A stretch of 63,222 nucleotides of DNA, filler included, from an uncultured bacterium (GCA_965372715.1; 3 parts of 3 records of this genome joined end to end with filler, not necessarily neighbours in it), one strand, 5' to 3'; positions 38,728 to 52,140 are shown, numbered from the whole stretch's first letter. The notes: generated by a model not told the origin, from the sequence alone. Program-made: numbers and translations.

Positions 38728-39768
38728 TTATGACTTCTCAGATTCCTTTGCACCCCCATAGTGTGGACTCCACGTTGACCCACTCCCCAGCGGGATGTCG
38801 TAATCTAGATTGACCAGCAGATTGCGAATTGTTACGAAATCAGAACTTATCTTTACAATCCTGATGTGCTGTCTAGAAGCTTGAACTTCTGCGCGCCGTC
38901 CGCGTCGTGGGGTCCGCTGAACGTCAACGCCGTAACCTGCGCCGGCCTGGTCCTCCCCTACGTAAAACCAGGACAATGCAACGAGGGCATCAATCCCCGG
39001 CTCTTCCGTAACGCTCTTCTGAATGACGGTTAACTCGATTTCATCCCCATTCTCCACGACCCACTTCATCCAGCCGCCGGAGGCCCTGCGACAAGCAATG
39101 ACAGCGTTTGAACGATCCCCACCATACATTATCACAGGAACAGTTAGGTCCGGCCTAGCCCTAACGTATAAGATGTTCCTCTGTGCCTCTTGCGCGCTCG
39201 CCTCCTCCTTCTTACGAAGAGCGGCATTTACCGTAGTGATCTCCTCGAAGTCTTCGTGGCCCTTTGGGATGACGAGGTCCGTGACGTAGGGGTTATATCC
39301 TTCCTTCTTCAGCTCCAGCAGATACCGTCCCGGTGGGAAGCTGACCGGCATGAGATAGTCAGTACGGACGCCCACGGGGATCCCGTTGATGAGTATCTCG
39401 GCCCCGCTCGGCCGTGACCTTATGAAGACCTTGCCCAGGCCCTCATACTTGCGCTGGAAGGGGGACCTAGATGTGCCTCTTTGGGCCGCGGCAAGCTCGG
39501 CGATCCAGCCGGCTGCGGGGGCCCCCGCTTCTGCCATAGCAGCCCCGGAAACCTTCTCGGCGCCCGGCGCCGCAGGCGCCCGACCAACGCCACGAGCAGG
39601 AGCCTCGACATCCAGCTCCGGTGCAACCTCGGCTATATCAGCCAGCTCGGCCTCCTCGCTCGGCCCTCCCCGCGAAGACCTCTCCACGAGCGGCGGTATC
39701 AACCGCCACGCGAGGACCACGGCAGCCAAAATCAGAACCCCTATCATAACCCATTTATTCTTGAGCAA
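38728..39768 (-). CDS. PEGA-domain membrane-anchored protein in the PilP position
   Basis: N-terminal TM, RSPF motif, then IRSRPSGAEILING..PGRYLLELKKEGY. Confidence 0.7.
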   Translation of the reverse strand: MLKNKWVMIGVLILAAVVLAWRLIPPLVERSSRGGPSEEAELADIAEVAPELDVEAPARGVGRAPAAPGAEKVSGAAMAEAGAPAAGWIAELAAAQRGTSRSPFQRKYEGLGKVFIRSRPSGAEILINGIPVGVRTDYLMPVSFPPGRYLLELKKEGYNPYVTDLVIPKGHEDFEEITTVNAALRKKEEASAQEAQRNILYVRARPDLTVPVIMYGGDRSNAVIACRRASGGWMKWVVENGDEIELTVIQKSVTEEPGIDALVALSWFYVGEDQAGAGYGVDVQRTPRRGRRAEVQASRQHIRIVKISSDFVTIRNLLVNLDYDIPLGSGSTWSPHYGGAKESEKS

Positions 39769-39840
39769 TCTCTATACCTCCCAGACTATGAAACGCCATC
39801 GGCTCTGGATCAAAAGCCGCTTTCGGAGCAGGCTCAAACA

Positions 39841-40488
39841 TCAAAACTCCTCGCTCGGGGCTTCTGCGCCCGGCGAAGGAACCGCCTCAGCCAACTCCTT
39901 CAGCTGATATGTCTCAAGCTCCATTCTCACACGTATCCCCGGAATATCGAACTCGCCCAGCTTCTCATCTGGGGTCATTCGGCGAGCCTCCACCCACTTG
40001 ATATTCACAAGCCTATCAAGATAGCCCAGACCCTCAATGAACCCAACCAGGTCCTTGAACCTACAGTCAAGATCGTCGATCCGAATCGGTATAACATAAA
40101 AGGTAAGGTCGCTCCCCGGCAAAGTGTGGGGATAGCTCTCGAGCGGCCGCATCGGCAGTTGATTGATGCTGGCTCGCTGAGCGGTCGAGGCAAACTGCTC
40201 CAGAACAGTTGGGAGGTTGTAAGTATCAGGGACCTTAAGCATCAGGACCTTGGCCTCCTCCTTCATCCTCGCCAGGAGCAACTTCTTTTCCGGAAGGTGC
40301 GAAAGGTGTTCTTTTGCCCGCACTATCTTCGCCTGCTCTCGCTCTGTCCTTATATTCAGCTCGCCCGTCTCCTTGATGATCGGATTGAATAATACGAGAT
40401 ATACAACCACGAGCAAGACTACGGCGCTGCCAGCAACAATCCCAATCCTGGCGCCCGCCGGAAGCTCCCTAAACCGTCCTAATGCCAT
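39841..40488 (-). CDS. PilO/GspM-like alignment subunit
   Basis: TM, coiled coil, then F.DL..FI..L..LDRLVNI. Confidence 0.8.
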   Translation of the reverse strand: MALGRFRELPAGARIGIVAGSAVVLLVVVYLVLFNPIIKETGELNIRTEREQAKIVRAKEHLSHLPEKKLLLARMKEEAKVLMLKVPDTYNLPTVLEQFASTAQRASINQLPMRPLESYPHTLPGSDLTFYVIPIRIDDLDCRFKDLVGFIEGLGYLDRLVNIKWVEARRMTPDEKLGEFDIPGIRVRMELETYQLKELAEAVPSPGAEAPSEEF

Positions 40489-40514
40489 ATCAAACTACCC
40501 CGTTAATCCTCATG

Positions 40515-42296
40515 CTAGCCTCTCCTTCGGACCATATCCCAATATTCCTGCCCCTCCAGCTTGCAGAATATCTTGAACTTCTGCTTGTAAGTGCCGGCAA
40601 CTACATCAGAGTAGATCGTCGTCAGCGCCTCGGTAAGCAATCTGTCTGACTCTCGTGCGCCCCTGGTAGATGTCAGACTCGGCTCGCCTGCGACCCGTTC
40701 GACCGTATCCTTGCTTGGCTGCAAATACACGTCCTCAAACAACGGCGACTCTCGAAGCCTATCCAAAAACCTCGTGACTCTCTCCTGAAGGGCCACCTGC
40801 GAATCGTCGTAGGTATAGCCCTCGATGAGAGCCTCCCACTTGGCCTCGCTCTCCGCGCTCGGCCCCGAAACGCCCCCTCTGCGGCCGCGACGCGTCCTGG
40901 CCCCCTGGCCCACACGGTTGATCGTCAAACTCTCAAGGTGCATGTTCTCCGAGACAAGCGTTCCTACATTCGCGTAGATATCTGCCCAGAGCGGCTCATT
41001 CTTCGTTAGCTTCGCAAGAAGCTCAGAATAACTCTGGAACCTCGCTATCTGCGTGTTCACACCCTTGAGTTCCTCCAGGCCAGGTTTCAGCTCGTCATAC
41101 CTCGCCTTTTCGACCTCGTATCTCTTTCTGGCGTCATCCAGCCGTGTGTTCAAGATCATGTAGGCCATGGCCACAATCGCCAGAACGAAAACCACAAGCC
41201 CTGCATAAACAAACCGTTTGACGGCGACAAAGGCCTGCGCCTTTATCTCCGGTGGGACAAGGTTGATCCTAATCAGTTTGGGAGGATCAATGGCGAGCCC
41301 CGCACACGTCGCGAACCTGGGCGCAAGCGTCTCAAGCTCCGTCGCCTGGGCGCCTAGACTCTCAAGATTGACGCCCTCCAGCGGATTGAAGAACTTTATC
41401 TCGACATCCTCGAGCCCCTCCGCCAAGAACTCGTCAACTCGCGGAAGACGGGTGCCCTCGCCCGAAATATAAAGTTTCTTTACGATATTTCCCCTGAACT
41501 GCTGCTTGTAATACAGGAAAGAACGCTTCAGCTCTGTCGCCACACGCTGCAAGGCGGGGATTTCCTCGATCGAGCTCGGACCACCCGCTACCCCAGGCCC
41601 GAAATCCATCTCACCCTCTTCTTCGCCCTCCTCAAACGCCGCTTTCATGTCTTCGTAACCCGTGAAGATCTCCCTCTGAAAATAGAGCGTCTCGGTCCCG
41701 AAGATGAACATCGTGCATATATCAGCCCTGATGTCTATTAGCGCGATTGCCTCATCGCTTGACCAGAGCCCCGAACGGGACAGCGCGGCGTAAAGCCCGG
41801 TCGAAGACGTCGTGACCGCCGCAGGAAGGACACCAAAGGTCCTAAGAACGCCTATGTTCTCATAAACCAGGTCCCTGTTGACAGAAACGATCATAACCTG
41901 CTGCTTGTCCTGACCCCGCTCACGAACCATCCTCAAAAGCGAATAGTCGTAAATCAAGTCCTCTATCGGAACCGCAGCATCCTTGCGAACCTCGCGCTCG
42001 ACTACCCCGGCTACCTCTTTACGAGGCATCGGCGGGAACGAGAGTATTCGCGTCCGAACCTCCCGACCTGAGACCAGGCTCACTACGTTGTCGAACTTCT
42101 TCCTCGGCGGAAGACTCGCAATCGCCTCGGAAAGCGCCTCGGTTTGAGCTCTTAAGAGCTCCTCGGGCGAGGGCTTCTCCTTGAATTCCAGGTTCGAAAC
42201 CCCGAAGGCCTTAACAGCAAGCTCCTTGCCCGGCTCGATCTCGATTACCTTGACCGAGCTAGCATCAACGTCGATGCCGATTACAGTCTTTGCCAT
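40515..42296 (-). CDS. PilM-PilN fusion
   Basis: IGIDV..VKVIE actin-like PilM domain, internal INLVP (PilN N-terminal motif), TM and PilN-like periplasmic part in one ORF. Confidence 0.85.
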   Translation of the reverse strand: MAKTVIGIDVDASSVKVIEIEPGKELAVKAFGVSNLEFKEKPSPEELLRAQTEALSEAIASLPPRKKFDNVVSLVSGREVRTRILSFPPMPRKEVAGVVEREVRKDAAVPIEDLIYDYSLLRMVRERGQDKQQVMIVSVNRDLVYENIGVLRTFGVLPAAVTTSSTGLYAALSRSGLWSSDEAIALIDIRADICTMFIFGTETLYFQREIFTGYEDMKAAFEEGEEEGEMDFGPGVAGGPSSIEEIPALQRVATELKRSFLYYKQQFRGNIVKKLYISGEGTRLPRVDEFLAEGLEDVEIKFFNPLEGVNLESLGAQATELETLAPRFATCAGLAIDPPKLIRINLVPPEIKAQAFVAVKRFVYAGLVVFVLAIVAMAYMILNTRLDDARKRYEVEKARYDELKPGLEELKGVNTQIARFQSYSELLAKLTKNEPLWADIYANVGTLVSENMHLESLTINRVGQGARTRRGRRGGVSGPSAESEAKWEALIEGYTYDDSQVALQERVTRFLDRLRESPLFEDVYLQPSKDTVERVAGEPSLTSTRGARESDRLLTEALTTIYSDVVAGTYKQKFKIFCKLEGQEYWDMVRRRG

Positions 42297-42357
42297 GTCG
42301 TATGACCTCGGTTATTGCCCAAAGCCCTGGGCATCACTCAATCAATGTCTATCTAAA

Positions 42358-43110
42358 CTACTTGTATCCTTCAGTTCCAGCAACCGGAAACCAATAACTT
42401 CGCGCATAACCCGTCCCAGCTATTAGAAGGACTATGTCGTCCCTATTGCCAGGGTATAGCTCGTCCTCTGATTTCATCTTCGGCGTGGTGCTCGGGGGCA
42501 CGTTTGTATGTTTCTGGTCCCGCCCCTTGCTGGCGATAAACACACGCGCCGCTTGAACTGGGACAGCCAAATACCCAGAACCCTCCGCGCCCTCTGTGGG
42601 AATGTCCGTCGCAGGGTCCATGTAAACCACGTAGTAATCAGGATAGGAAACATACGCGTATTCCTGATCCCACGCATCGAAATAGAAACCCCTTTCATCA
42701 TCACTATCCGCTATGTACGGCCCGTTCCAACCCATACCAGCTGATGGATCGTAACCGGCCTCCGGCGCCGTGTACGCATAGGCCTTGCCGCTGCTGTCGC
42801 ACGGCAGCAAAAAGCCGCGATTCGTCTTCGTCGCCGCAAGCATCCTCAATCCGGAGAACGGCTCGCCGCTGCCATCAGTCACCCACGTCGGCGGCCACTT
42901 GTTCACGTGCTCGTAATAACGCGTTATCGCGGTGCGGATATTCGCCATCTCCTGCCGAGTGGCCGTCTCGTTCCCCTCGTCCAAGACGTTGAAAACAAGC
43001 GGCGTTATAATCCCAGCCAGAAGAGCTATAATCGCTATCACCACAACCATCTCGACTATGGTGAAGCCTTTTTTGCAGTTGTCTCGCAACATATCCCTAG
43101 ATCCGATCAT
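42358..43110 (-). CDS. Type IV pilin / GspG-like pseudopilin
   Basis: KKG|FTIVE class III signal; WNGPY, DAW...Y, S.G.D, DDI. Confidence 0.9.
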   Translation of the reverse strand: MIGSRDMLRDNCKKGFTIVEMVVVIAIIALLAGIITPLVFNVLDEGNETATRQEMANIRTAITRYYEHVNKWPPTWVTDGSGEPFSGLRMLAATKTNRGFLLPCDSSGKAYAYTAPEAGYDPSAGMGWNGPYIADSDDERGFYFDAWDQEYAYVSYPDYYVVYMDPATDIPTEGAEGSGYLAVPVQAARVFIASKGRDQKHTNVPPSTTPKMKSEDELYPGNRDDIVLLIAGTGYARSYWFPVAGTEGYK

Positions 43111-43174
43111 CGGTCAACACCTCGCCTTTCTCTGCAAAATGCAGCGGCGCCCGACAACTAAGCCAAATTATTGT

Positions 43175-44389
43175 CTATTTCTTGATAAACCCTATCATCG
43201 TATAAAGCGGCAAGAAGACCGACATGGCGACGGTACCGACTATCGCGCCCATCGAAACGATCATCAAAGGCTCTGCAATCGCGAAGATCCTTCTAATCGT
43301 ATAAGGGACTTCTTTGTCGTAGTAAACGCTGACCTTCTCAAGCGTCATGTCGAGCTCGCCAGTCTCGTCCCCAATCGCAACCATCCGCAGAACGAGCGAA
43401 GGAAACTCCCCGCTCTCCGCAAGCGCCTCGGGCATCGAGCCGCCAGCCCGGATCCTGTCGTGAGCATCCCGGATTACGTCACCCAAAATCACGTTGCCGA
43501 TGACCTGCTCAACGATCCTCAAGCACTCAGTGATCTCAACGCCCGCGCGATAGAGTGCGGACATCGTGTGCGAGAACCTGGAAAGCGCAACCTTCCTTAT
43601 CAACGACCCAAATAACGGAAGCTTCAGCTTCGTAGCGTCCCAGATTCTCCTGCCCGTCTTTGTCTTCTTGACTAGCGCCCGAATAACAAAGGACAAAACT
43701 ACGAGAAAAACAAGGCTATAAAACCCATAGTTGAGCATGAAATTGCTTATCCCGATGACGATGCGCGTCGGAAGTGGCAGCTTCATGTCGTATTTCCTGA
43801 AGATGGCCGCAAACCGCGGTATCGGAAACACAAAGAGAAAAACGATAACACCACTGATGACCGTCAGAACGACCGCAGGATACGCGAGCGCCTCGCGAAT
43901 CTGCCCTTTAAGCTCCTCTTGCCATTCCATGTATGGCACGAGCCTCTCGAGAACCTCGTCAACCCGGCCTGTCGTCTCGCCCGCGCGAACCATGCTGACG
44001 TAAAGCTGGCCGAAGACCGCCGGATGAACGCTCATCGCATCCGCGAGCATGGAGCCGTTCTCAACCTGCTTGGTGATGTCATGGATGACCCGCTTGAAAC
44101 CGGGCTTCTCCGTCTCACGCGCTAGGTCCTGAAGGCCCGTAAGAAGAGGAACCCCTGCCGAGAGAACAGTGCCAAGGTGGATCGTGAAAGTGATAAGCTC
44201 ACGGCGCTTGACCTTCGCGCTCCTAACCTTGCGCTTCTTGGCATCCCTGCCGCGCGCCTTCGATACTTTCGTTACTACGTAGCCGAGCTCGCCAAGCCGC
44301 TCAACGAGGACCCCGGAGTTCTCAGCCTCCAAAACCCCCTCGGTCTCGCGACCACTCGCGTCTCTAGCCTTATACGAAAATACAGGCAA
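43175..44389 (-). CDS. Inner-membrane platform protein (PilC/GspF)
   Basis: AGVPL, MVRAGETTG, ALAYP, LPLPT, IGDETGEL, EP. Confidence 0.95.
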   Translation of the reverse strand: MPVFSYKARDASGRETEGVLEAENSGVLVERLGELGYVVTKVSKARGRDAKKRKVRSAKVKRRELITFTIHLGTVLSAGVPLLTGLQDLARETEKPGFKRVIHDITKQVENGSMLADAMSVHPAVFGQLYVSMVRAGETTGRVDEVLERLVPYMEWQEELKGQIREALAYPAVVLTVISGVIVFLFVFPIPRFAAIFRKYDMKLPLPTRIVIGISNFMLNYGFYSLVFLVVLSFVIRALVKKTKTGRRIWDATKLKLPLFGSLIRKVALSRFSHTMSALYRAGVEITECLRIVEQVIGNVILGDVIRDAHDRIRAGGSMPEALAESGEFPSLVLRMVAIGDETGELDMTLEKVSVYYDKEVPYTIRRIFAIAEPLMIVSMGAIVGTVAMSVFLPLYTMIGFIKK

Positions 44390-44410
44390 AACTCCCTCGC
44401 TTCATTAGCC

Positions 44411-46183
44411 TTAGAGCTCTACCTCTGCCGAAAGCAGAGTGACCCTGCGAACCTCATCGACTGTTGTTATGCCTTGCATTACCTTGTTCATGCCGTCGGT
44501 GAACATCGAATCCATGCCGAACTTCCTTGCCGCACGCCTGATGTCCTCAATTGAGGCGTTCTTCTCCGCCATCATCTGGAGCCTCTTGTTCATCACGATG
44601 ACCTCGAAGATCGCTGTCCGACCCTTGTAACCCGTCTGATTGCAGTATGAACAGCCCTTGCCACGATAAAGCGCCAGAACCTGATCCTTCCGCTGGATCG
44701 CCTCTTTGTCCTGAACAACCGACTCGAGCGCATCAAGCCCCAAGGTGCCCTCGATCGACTCCCTGTGAAGCGCCAGAATCCTCGAGTCCTGCTCCGTGGG
44801 CTCATAGGACTCTCGGCAGTTGGGGCATATCAAACGCACCAGTCGCTGAGCCATGATGCCTAGTATCGATGACGAGACGAGAAACGGCTCAATACCCATG
44901 TCCATGAGCCTCGGCAGCGCGCCAGCAGCATCGTTCGTATGTAGAGTCGAAAGCACCAAGTGCCCTGTCAGAGCAGCCCTTACGGCAAGCTCCGCCGTCT
45001 CGCTATCCCTGATCTCTCCGACCAAAATGACGTCCGGGTCCTGCCTGAGCATCGAACGCAACCCCAACGAAAACGTAAAGCCCGCCTTAGGATTGATCTC
45101 GGACTGCTGGATAATCGGCAGCTGATACTCGACCGGGTCCTCAAGAGTGCAGACCTTTCTCTCCAAGGTGTTCACGTGTGAAATGGCGGAGTAAAGCGTC
45201 GTCGTCTTGCCGCTCCCCGTCGGCCCTGTAACGAGAATGATCCCATAGGGCATATCCAGAAGCGCCTCGAGCTCCTTCTTTTCCTTAACGGGGAAACCGA
45301 GCTTCGTTAGGTCAAGCTGCAACGTTGCACGGTCAAGCAATCTAAGAACGGCATTCTCACCCGTAACAGTCGGATATACCGAGACACGAATGTCAATCTT
45401 GCGCTTGCCAACGCTGAACTCAATCTTCCCGTCCTGAGGGATACGACGCTCTGCAATGTTAAGATCCGACATGATCTTGATTCTCGAGATTATCGGCTCT
45501 CTCAAATCCAACGGCACAGTCTTTCTCTGATGCAGAATGCCATCGATCCTGAACCGGACGCGCATGAGCTTCTCGTCAGGTTCAAAATGGATGTCCGTAG
45601 ATCGCTCGCGAACCGCCTGAACGATTATCCTGTCCACCAGCTTGATGATCGGAGCCTGTGAGGCGGCCTCCTCGATCTCTCCGAAGCCCGCTTCACCTCG
45701 CCTCTTCAAAGTCGCTTCGGCCATGCGCATGCCTTCATCGATGATCTCTTCCACATCCTCTTCGCTGCCGTAGAACTTATCGAGCGCCTTTTCGAGGTCC
45801 TGGTCGGTAACCGCAAGCGGCCGGATCTGTAAACCGGTTCGGCGCTCCAACCCGTCGATGACGTTCACGTCGTACGCATTGACCATCGCGACAGTCAGCG
45901 TGAAATCGTCCTTTGAAAGAGGTAATACGCTGTTTTCTTTGCAGAAATCGGACGATACCAATTTCAGAACATCTTCGCCGATCTCAGCCTCGGATAGATC
46001 AATCTCAGAACGACCACCCTCGCCCGAAAGCGCATCAACGAGGGCGTCCTCGGAAATGAATCCAAGGTCGAACAGTATCTGCCCGAGCAGCTCTCCGGTC
46101 CTTTTTTGCTCGCTTAACGCCAACTCGAGCTGCTGGTCGTCTATCAGGCCAAGTTCCCTTAGCTTTTCGCCTAGCAACGCCAT
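44411..46183 (-). CDS. Assembly ATPase (PilB/GspE)
   Basis: N-terminal LLGEKL..G..LGQIL (MshEN-like), GPTGSGKTT, LRQDPDVILVGEIRD, STLHTN, CxxC..CxxC. Confidence 0.96.
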   Translation of the reverse strand: MALLGEKLRELGLIDDQQLELALSEQKRTGELLGQILFDLGFISEDALVDALSGEGGRSEIDLSEAEIGEDVLKLVSSDFCKENSVLPLSKDDFTLTVAMVNAYDVNVIDGLERRTGLQIRPLAVTDQDLEKALDKFYGSEEDVEEIIDEGMRMAEATLKRRGEAGFGEIEEAASQAPIIKLVDRIIVQAVRERSTDIHFEPDEKLMRVRFRIDGILHQRKTVPLDLREPIISRIKIMSDLNIAERRIPQDGKIEFSVGKRKIDIRVSVYPTVTGENAVLRLLDRATLQLDLTKLGFPVKEKKELEALLDMPYGIILVTGPTGSGKTTTLYSAISHVNTLERKVCTLEDPVEYQLPIIQQSEINPKAGFTFSLGLRSMLRQDPDVILVGEIRDSETAELAVRAALTGHLVLSTLHTNDAAGALPRLMDMGIEPFLVSSSILGIMAQRLVRLICPNCRESYEPTEQDSRILALHRESIEGTLGLDALESVVQDKEAIQRKDQVLALYRGKGCSYCNQTGYKGRTAIFEVIVMNKRLQMMAEKNASIEDIRRAARKFGMDSMFTDGMNKVMQGITTVDEVRRVTLLSAEVEL

Positions 46184-46373
46184 CTCTTGAACACCTCTAT
46201 CTCAAGGTCCAACGCAAGATGCCCGCGGCACATCCGCCACCAGCATCTAAACTTGCTCTACACTACTAACGGAATATACGTGATAATTGCACCCGGCGCC
46301 TCCACTGCGCCCAAGCATCGCAGCCAAGAGGCGCCGGCTTTTCAATTCACTCTGATACAGTCTCTACACAGCT

Positions 46374-46988
46374 TTACTTGGTGCGATAACCAATGTCATC
46401 GTAATGGCATTCCGTTGCCCACATCGGTGTCTCAATGGTAAAGTTCGGACCCGCGCTCAAGCACCAAACGTGATTCCGCCCTCGTTCAGCTTTCGTCCCA
46501 TAGTCAAACGCCCCGACTGACACGAGATACTTGTAAGCCCAAGGATCGTCGGTCACGTAAGGCAGATAAGGTCCGTTCCAACCGTGTGACAATATGCTGC
46601 CGCCCTCGGTAGCCGCCTTCTTATATCTGTAGATATAAGTATTCTGGTCCGGATTCCCGTTTGTCACCAAATGGAAATACATGTCGTCGGCCTGGTTGCC
46701 CCATGAAGTCTGAGCCTCGCCTGCCATATTCGGCATGTCACCCATGTTTCCATAGATGTAGTCGTACTCCGGAGGGCCCTTCAACCGTGCGACATACGGC
46801 CAAGTTCCCGTGTCCTTGTGGAACAACAGCAGCGCTGTCGAAATGTTACGGCAGTCACCAAGTGCTCTGGTCTCGTTCGCCTCGTCGATATACTTAAAGA
46901 TCAACGGGGTTAGGATACCCGCCAGCAAGGCGATAATGGCAACAACCACAACAACCTCGATTAGGGTAAACCCTTTTCTGTTCATCAT
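46374..46988 (-). CDS. Type IV pilin / GspG-like pseudopilin
   Basis: RKG|FTLIE; WNGPYL..DPW..Y..SAGPN..DDI. Confidence 0.9.
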   Translation of the reverse strand: MMNRKGFTLIEVVVVVAIIALLAGILTPLIFKYIDEANETRALGDCRNISTALLLFHKDTGTWPYVARLKGPPEYDYIYGNMGDMPNMAGEAQTSWGNQADDMYFHLVTNGNPDQNTYIYRYKKAATEGGSILSHGWNGPYLPYVTDDPWAYKYLVSVGAFDYGTKAERGRNHVWCLSAGPNFTIETPMWATECHYDDIGYRTK

Positions 46989-47345
46989 TTCACCTCCCTC
47001 ACATCGAGATTTTGCACCACTCCGCCGCCATGCTTGGGATGACGCTAGGAGTGATGGTACCAATTGAAAATTGACTCTCTAGCATAATTATCTCGTCGTA
47101 ACAGGAAGCCTACAACACTTACTCGTCCAGAGTCAAGTCCTTTTTCTATGATCTTATGCCCCAATAAACATACCGAATGTAACCAAGAATGGCAATCCCC
47201 TGTAGATCGCAATATAGAGTGTGAATCGCAAACAGCTCCCGCTCGGTATTGCCCCGCGAGCAATAATGTGGCATCCCTATACTACATGCTACACGATCAC
47301 TTCCCGCTTAGCTTCACCACCGACAACCACTAAGGGAGCAAGAAA

Positions 47346-47948
47346 ATGAACAGCCAAAACGTGATTAGAAGAGAATACACAGCGGCCGAAAAGAGAACCC
47401 TGGTCATGATCATCGATCACCAAGAGAAACTGCTGCCTCACATCTTTCAGCACGAAACCATCCTCCAAAAGACGTGCCAACTGGTCAGATTCTGCAAAAT
47501 GCTTTCGCTTCCGACGATTGTCACCGAGCAGTATCCCCAAGGGCTTGGACCAACCGTGCCCCTGATCGCCGAGCTTTTCGACGCCAACGTCCCTATTCTC
47601 CGAAAGACATCTTTTTCGTGCATGCGCAATGACGACACTTCACGCGCCGTGAGAGAATCCGGCCGAGCTTGTGTGGTTGTGTCAGGAATAGAAACACACA
47701 TTTGCGTGGGCCAGACAGTATGCGATCTTTTGAGCGCCTCCTACTCCGTCTATGTCCTATCGGATTGTGTTGGTTCAAGGGCCCCGTTGGACCACGAAAT
47801 GGGCCTTCGAAAGATGCACGACGCGGGAGCTGTGATCTCGACCCTTGAGGCGTTCATGTATGAGGCGCTCGGCTCCTGCAAGCATCCGATGTTTAAGCGA
47901 TTCCATCAAGAAATCATGAAATCACAACCGTCGCGACCAGAACCATAG
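47346..47948 (+). CDS. Isochorismatase-family cysteine hydrolase
   Basis: IDHQEKL, TEQYPQGLG.T, K.SFSC, GIETHICV.QT. Confidence 0.92.
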   Translation: MNSQNVIRREYTAAEKRTLVMIIDHQEKLLPHIFQHETILQKTCQLVRFCKMLSLPTIVTEQYPQGLGPTVPLIAELFDANVPILRKTSFSCMRNDDTSRAVRESGRACVVVSGIETHICVGQTVCDLLSASYSVYVLSDCVGSRAPLDHEMGLRKMHDAGAVISTLEAFMYEALGSCKHPMFKRFHQEIMKSQPSRPEP

Positions 47949-47996
47949 TCAGCGCTGTCAGCCAGGCTTTCGGCCTTGCGCTTCACGACTCCTTCC

Positions 47997-50412
<2,416 letters not shown>

Positions 50413-50416
<4 letters not shown>

Positions 50417-51441
50417 GACCTCTCCTGGCAGACTTCCGAATCGTCGCCCAGAGACGCGAGCAGGTCGTCGGCAGAAACCGTCGCCGCGCCTATCTCGGTC
50501 ACGACAATCCCTGCCCCGTAGTTTGCCAGCCGGGCCGCACGCTCCATCGAGGCCCCCGCGCAGAGAGCCACAGTCAGCACGGCAATCACCGTGTCCCCCG
50601 CGCCTGTCACGTCGAACACCTCCCTTCCCACGGTATCGATGCTCACGGAGGCGCCCTCTTTGGACAATAGCAGCATCCCGTTCTCACCGCGCGTCACAAG
50701 GATGGCTTCCGACTGCGTGTCATCGAGAAGCTTGCGCCCGGCAGTTCTGAGATCGTCAAAGCTTCTTATGGTCTTGCCCCAGAACGTCGCCACCTCGTGG
50801 ATATTGGGAGTCATCACCGTCACATTATTGTAAAGGAGGAAGTGTTCGTCCTTCGGATCGACCGCGATTATCTTGCCGTTATCACGTGCAATTTCCAGGA
50901 TCTCCCTCGTTAACTCGGGACATATTACGCCCTTGCCATAATCCTCGATAATAACAGCATCGACGTCCGCTATGTTCTTCTCAGCGAATCTCAGAATCTT
51001 CGTCTTGAGGTCGCCCTGCACCTCCTCAGTGCTCTCCTCATCGTAGCGGACGATCTGCTGACCCCGGGCGATTACGCGCGTCTTTGTCGTCGTCGCCCGC
51101 TTCGGATCATGTATCAATCCCTCGACGGGTATGCCGCGGTCCGACAGCATCCCACGAAGCAAACTGGCTTTGTAGTCGTCGCCGACAAGTCCCAAGGGGA
51201 TTGCCGTTGCGCCCAGCGCCGCGATGTTATTGGCGACGTTGCAGGCCCCACCAAGCCGAAAACTGCGCTCCTTGATCAAGACAATCGGAACCGGCGCCTC
51301 CTGCGAGACCCGCGAGACCTCGCCCCACACATACTCATCGACCATCAAATCCCCGACGACCATGATGCTCTTGTCCTTGAAAGCATCGACAAGCCGCCGA
51401 TATTCCTTGAAATCCTCTCTGCTCAACCCAGACATCAGCAC
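50413..51441 (-). CDS. D-glycero-beta-D-manno-heptose-7-phosphate kinase (RfaE domain I)
   Basis: GDLMVDEY.WG.V.R.S.EAPVP, GGA.NVA, DYGKG, VFDVTGAGDT. Confidence 0.93.
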
Positions 51442-52062
51442 TTACCCCTCCTCTTGAGAAATCAATTCGAGACCCGTCTGCCCCGTCATCTCATCCGGCC
51501 GCGGAAGGCCATCCAAGTCCGAAAGACCAAAGTGATCGAGGAACTTGTCAGTCGTTGCCAGCAAGAGCGGCCTCCCGGGCGCTTTCTTTCGCCCCTTGAC
51601 CGTTACCAGACCGTGTTTAAGCAGACCCCGAACCACGCCAGCCGAATCAACGCCTCGAACGTAATCAATCTGAGAAATGGTCACCGGCTGTTGATAAGCG
51701 ATTATCGAGAGAACCTCAAGACTGGCCTTTGAGAGCGATACCTTGCGCCTTTTCGTAAAGAACTTCTCAATCCAGGACGCATATTGGGCCCGCGTGGTCA
51801 TCTTGAAGCCGCCGCCGATCTCCACTATCTGAAGCGAGCTCTGCGCCTTCTCGTATCCCTCCCAAAGCGACGAAAGAGCATTCCTTATCTCATCCTCAGG
51901 GACCTTCCGTCCAAACAGCCCCGAAAGCTGCTCGTGCGACACAGGATCGGTCGCCGCAAACAAGATCGCCTCAATCACCATGCACAGCGTATTGGCATCC
52001 AGCGAAGGCTCCGGTGATTGTCGCTGACCGCTACTCGTAGTCACTCTATCAGAATCCTTCAT
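51442..52062 (-). CDS. scpB: SMC-Scp complex subunit ScpB
   Basis: IEAILFA, LEVLSIIAYQQPVT, RGVDS, PGRP..TT.KFL..FGL. Confidence 0.95.
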   Translation of the reverse strand: MKDSDRVTTSSGQRQSPEPSLDANTLCMVIEAILFAATDPVSHEQLSGLFGRKVPEDEIRNALSSLWEGYEKAQSSLQIVEIGGGFKMTTRAQYASWIEKFFTKRRKVSLSKASLEVLSIIAYQQPVTISQIDYVRGVDSAGVVRGLLKHGLVTVKGRKKAPGRPLLLATTDKFLDHFGLSDLDGLPRPDEMTGQTGLELISQEEG

Positions 52063-52111
52063 CGACGCGCGGTCTCACGAGGCGGCGGCACGGTTGCGAA
52101 GGGGCCCCACG

Positions 52112-52137
52112 TAGGGGCGGTGCTTGCCCCGCCCTTC
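52112..52137 (+). repeat. REP copy at the contig end
   Basis: gtaggggcggtgcttgccccgccctt, the same unit found at the contig start (26348). Confidence 0.8.
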
Positions 52138-52140
52138 CTT

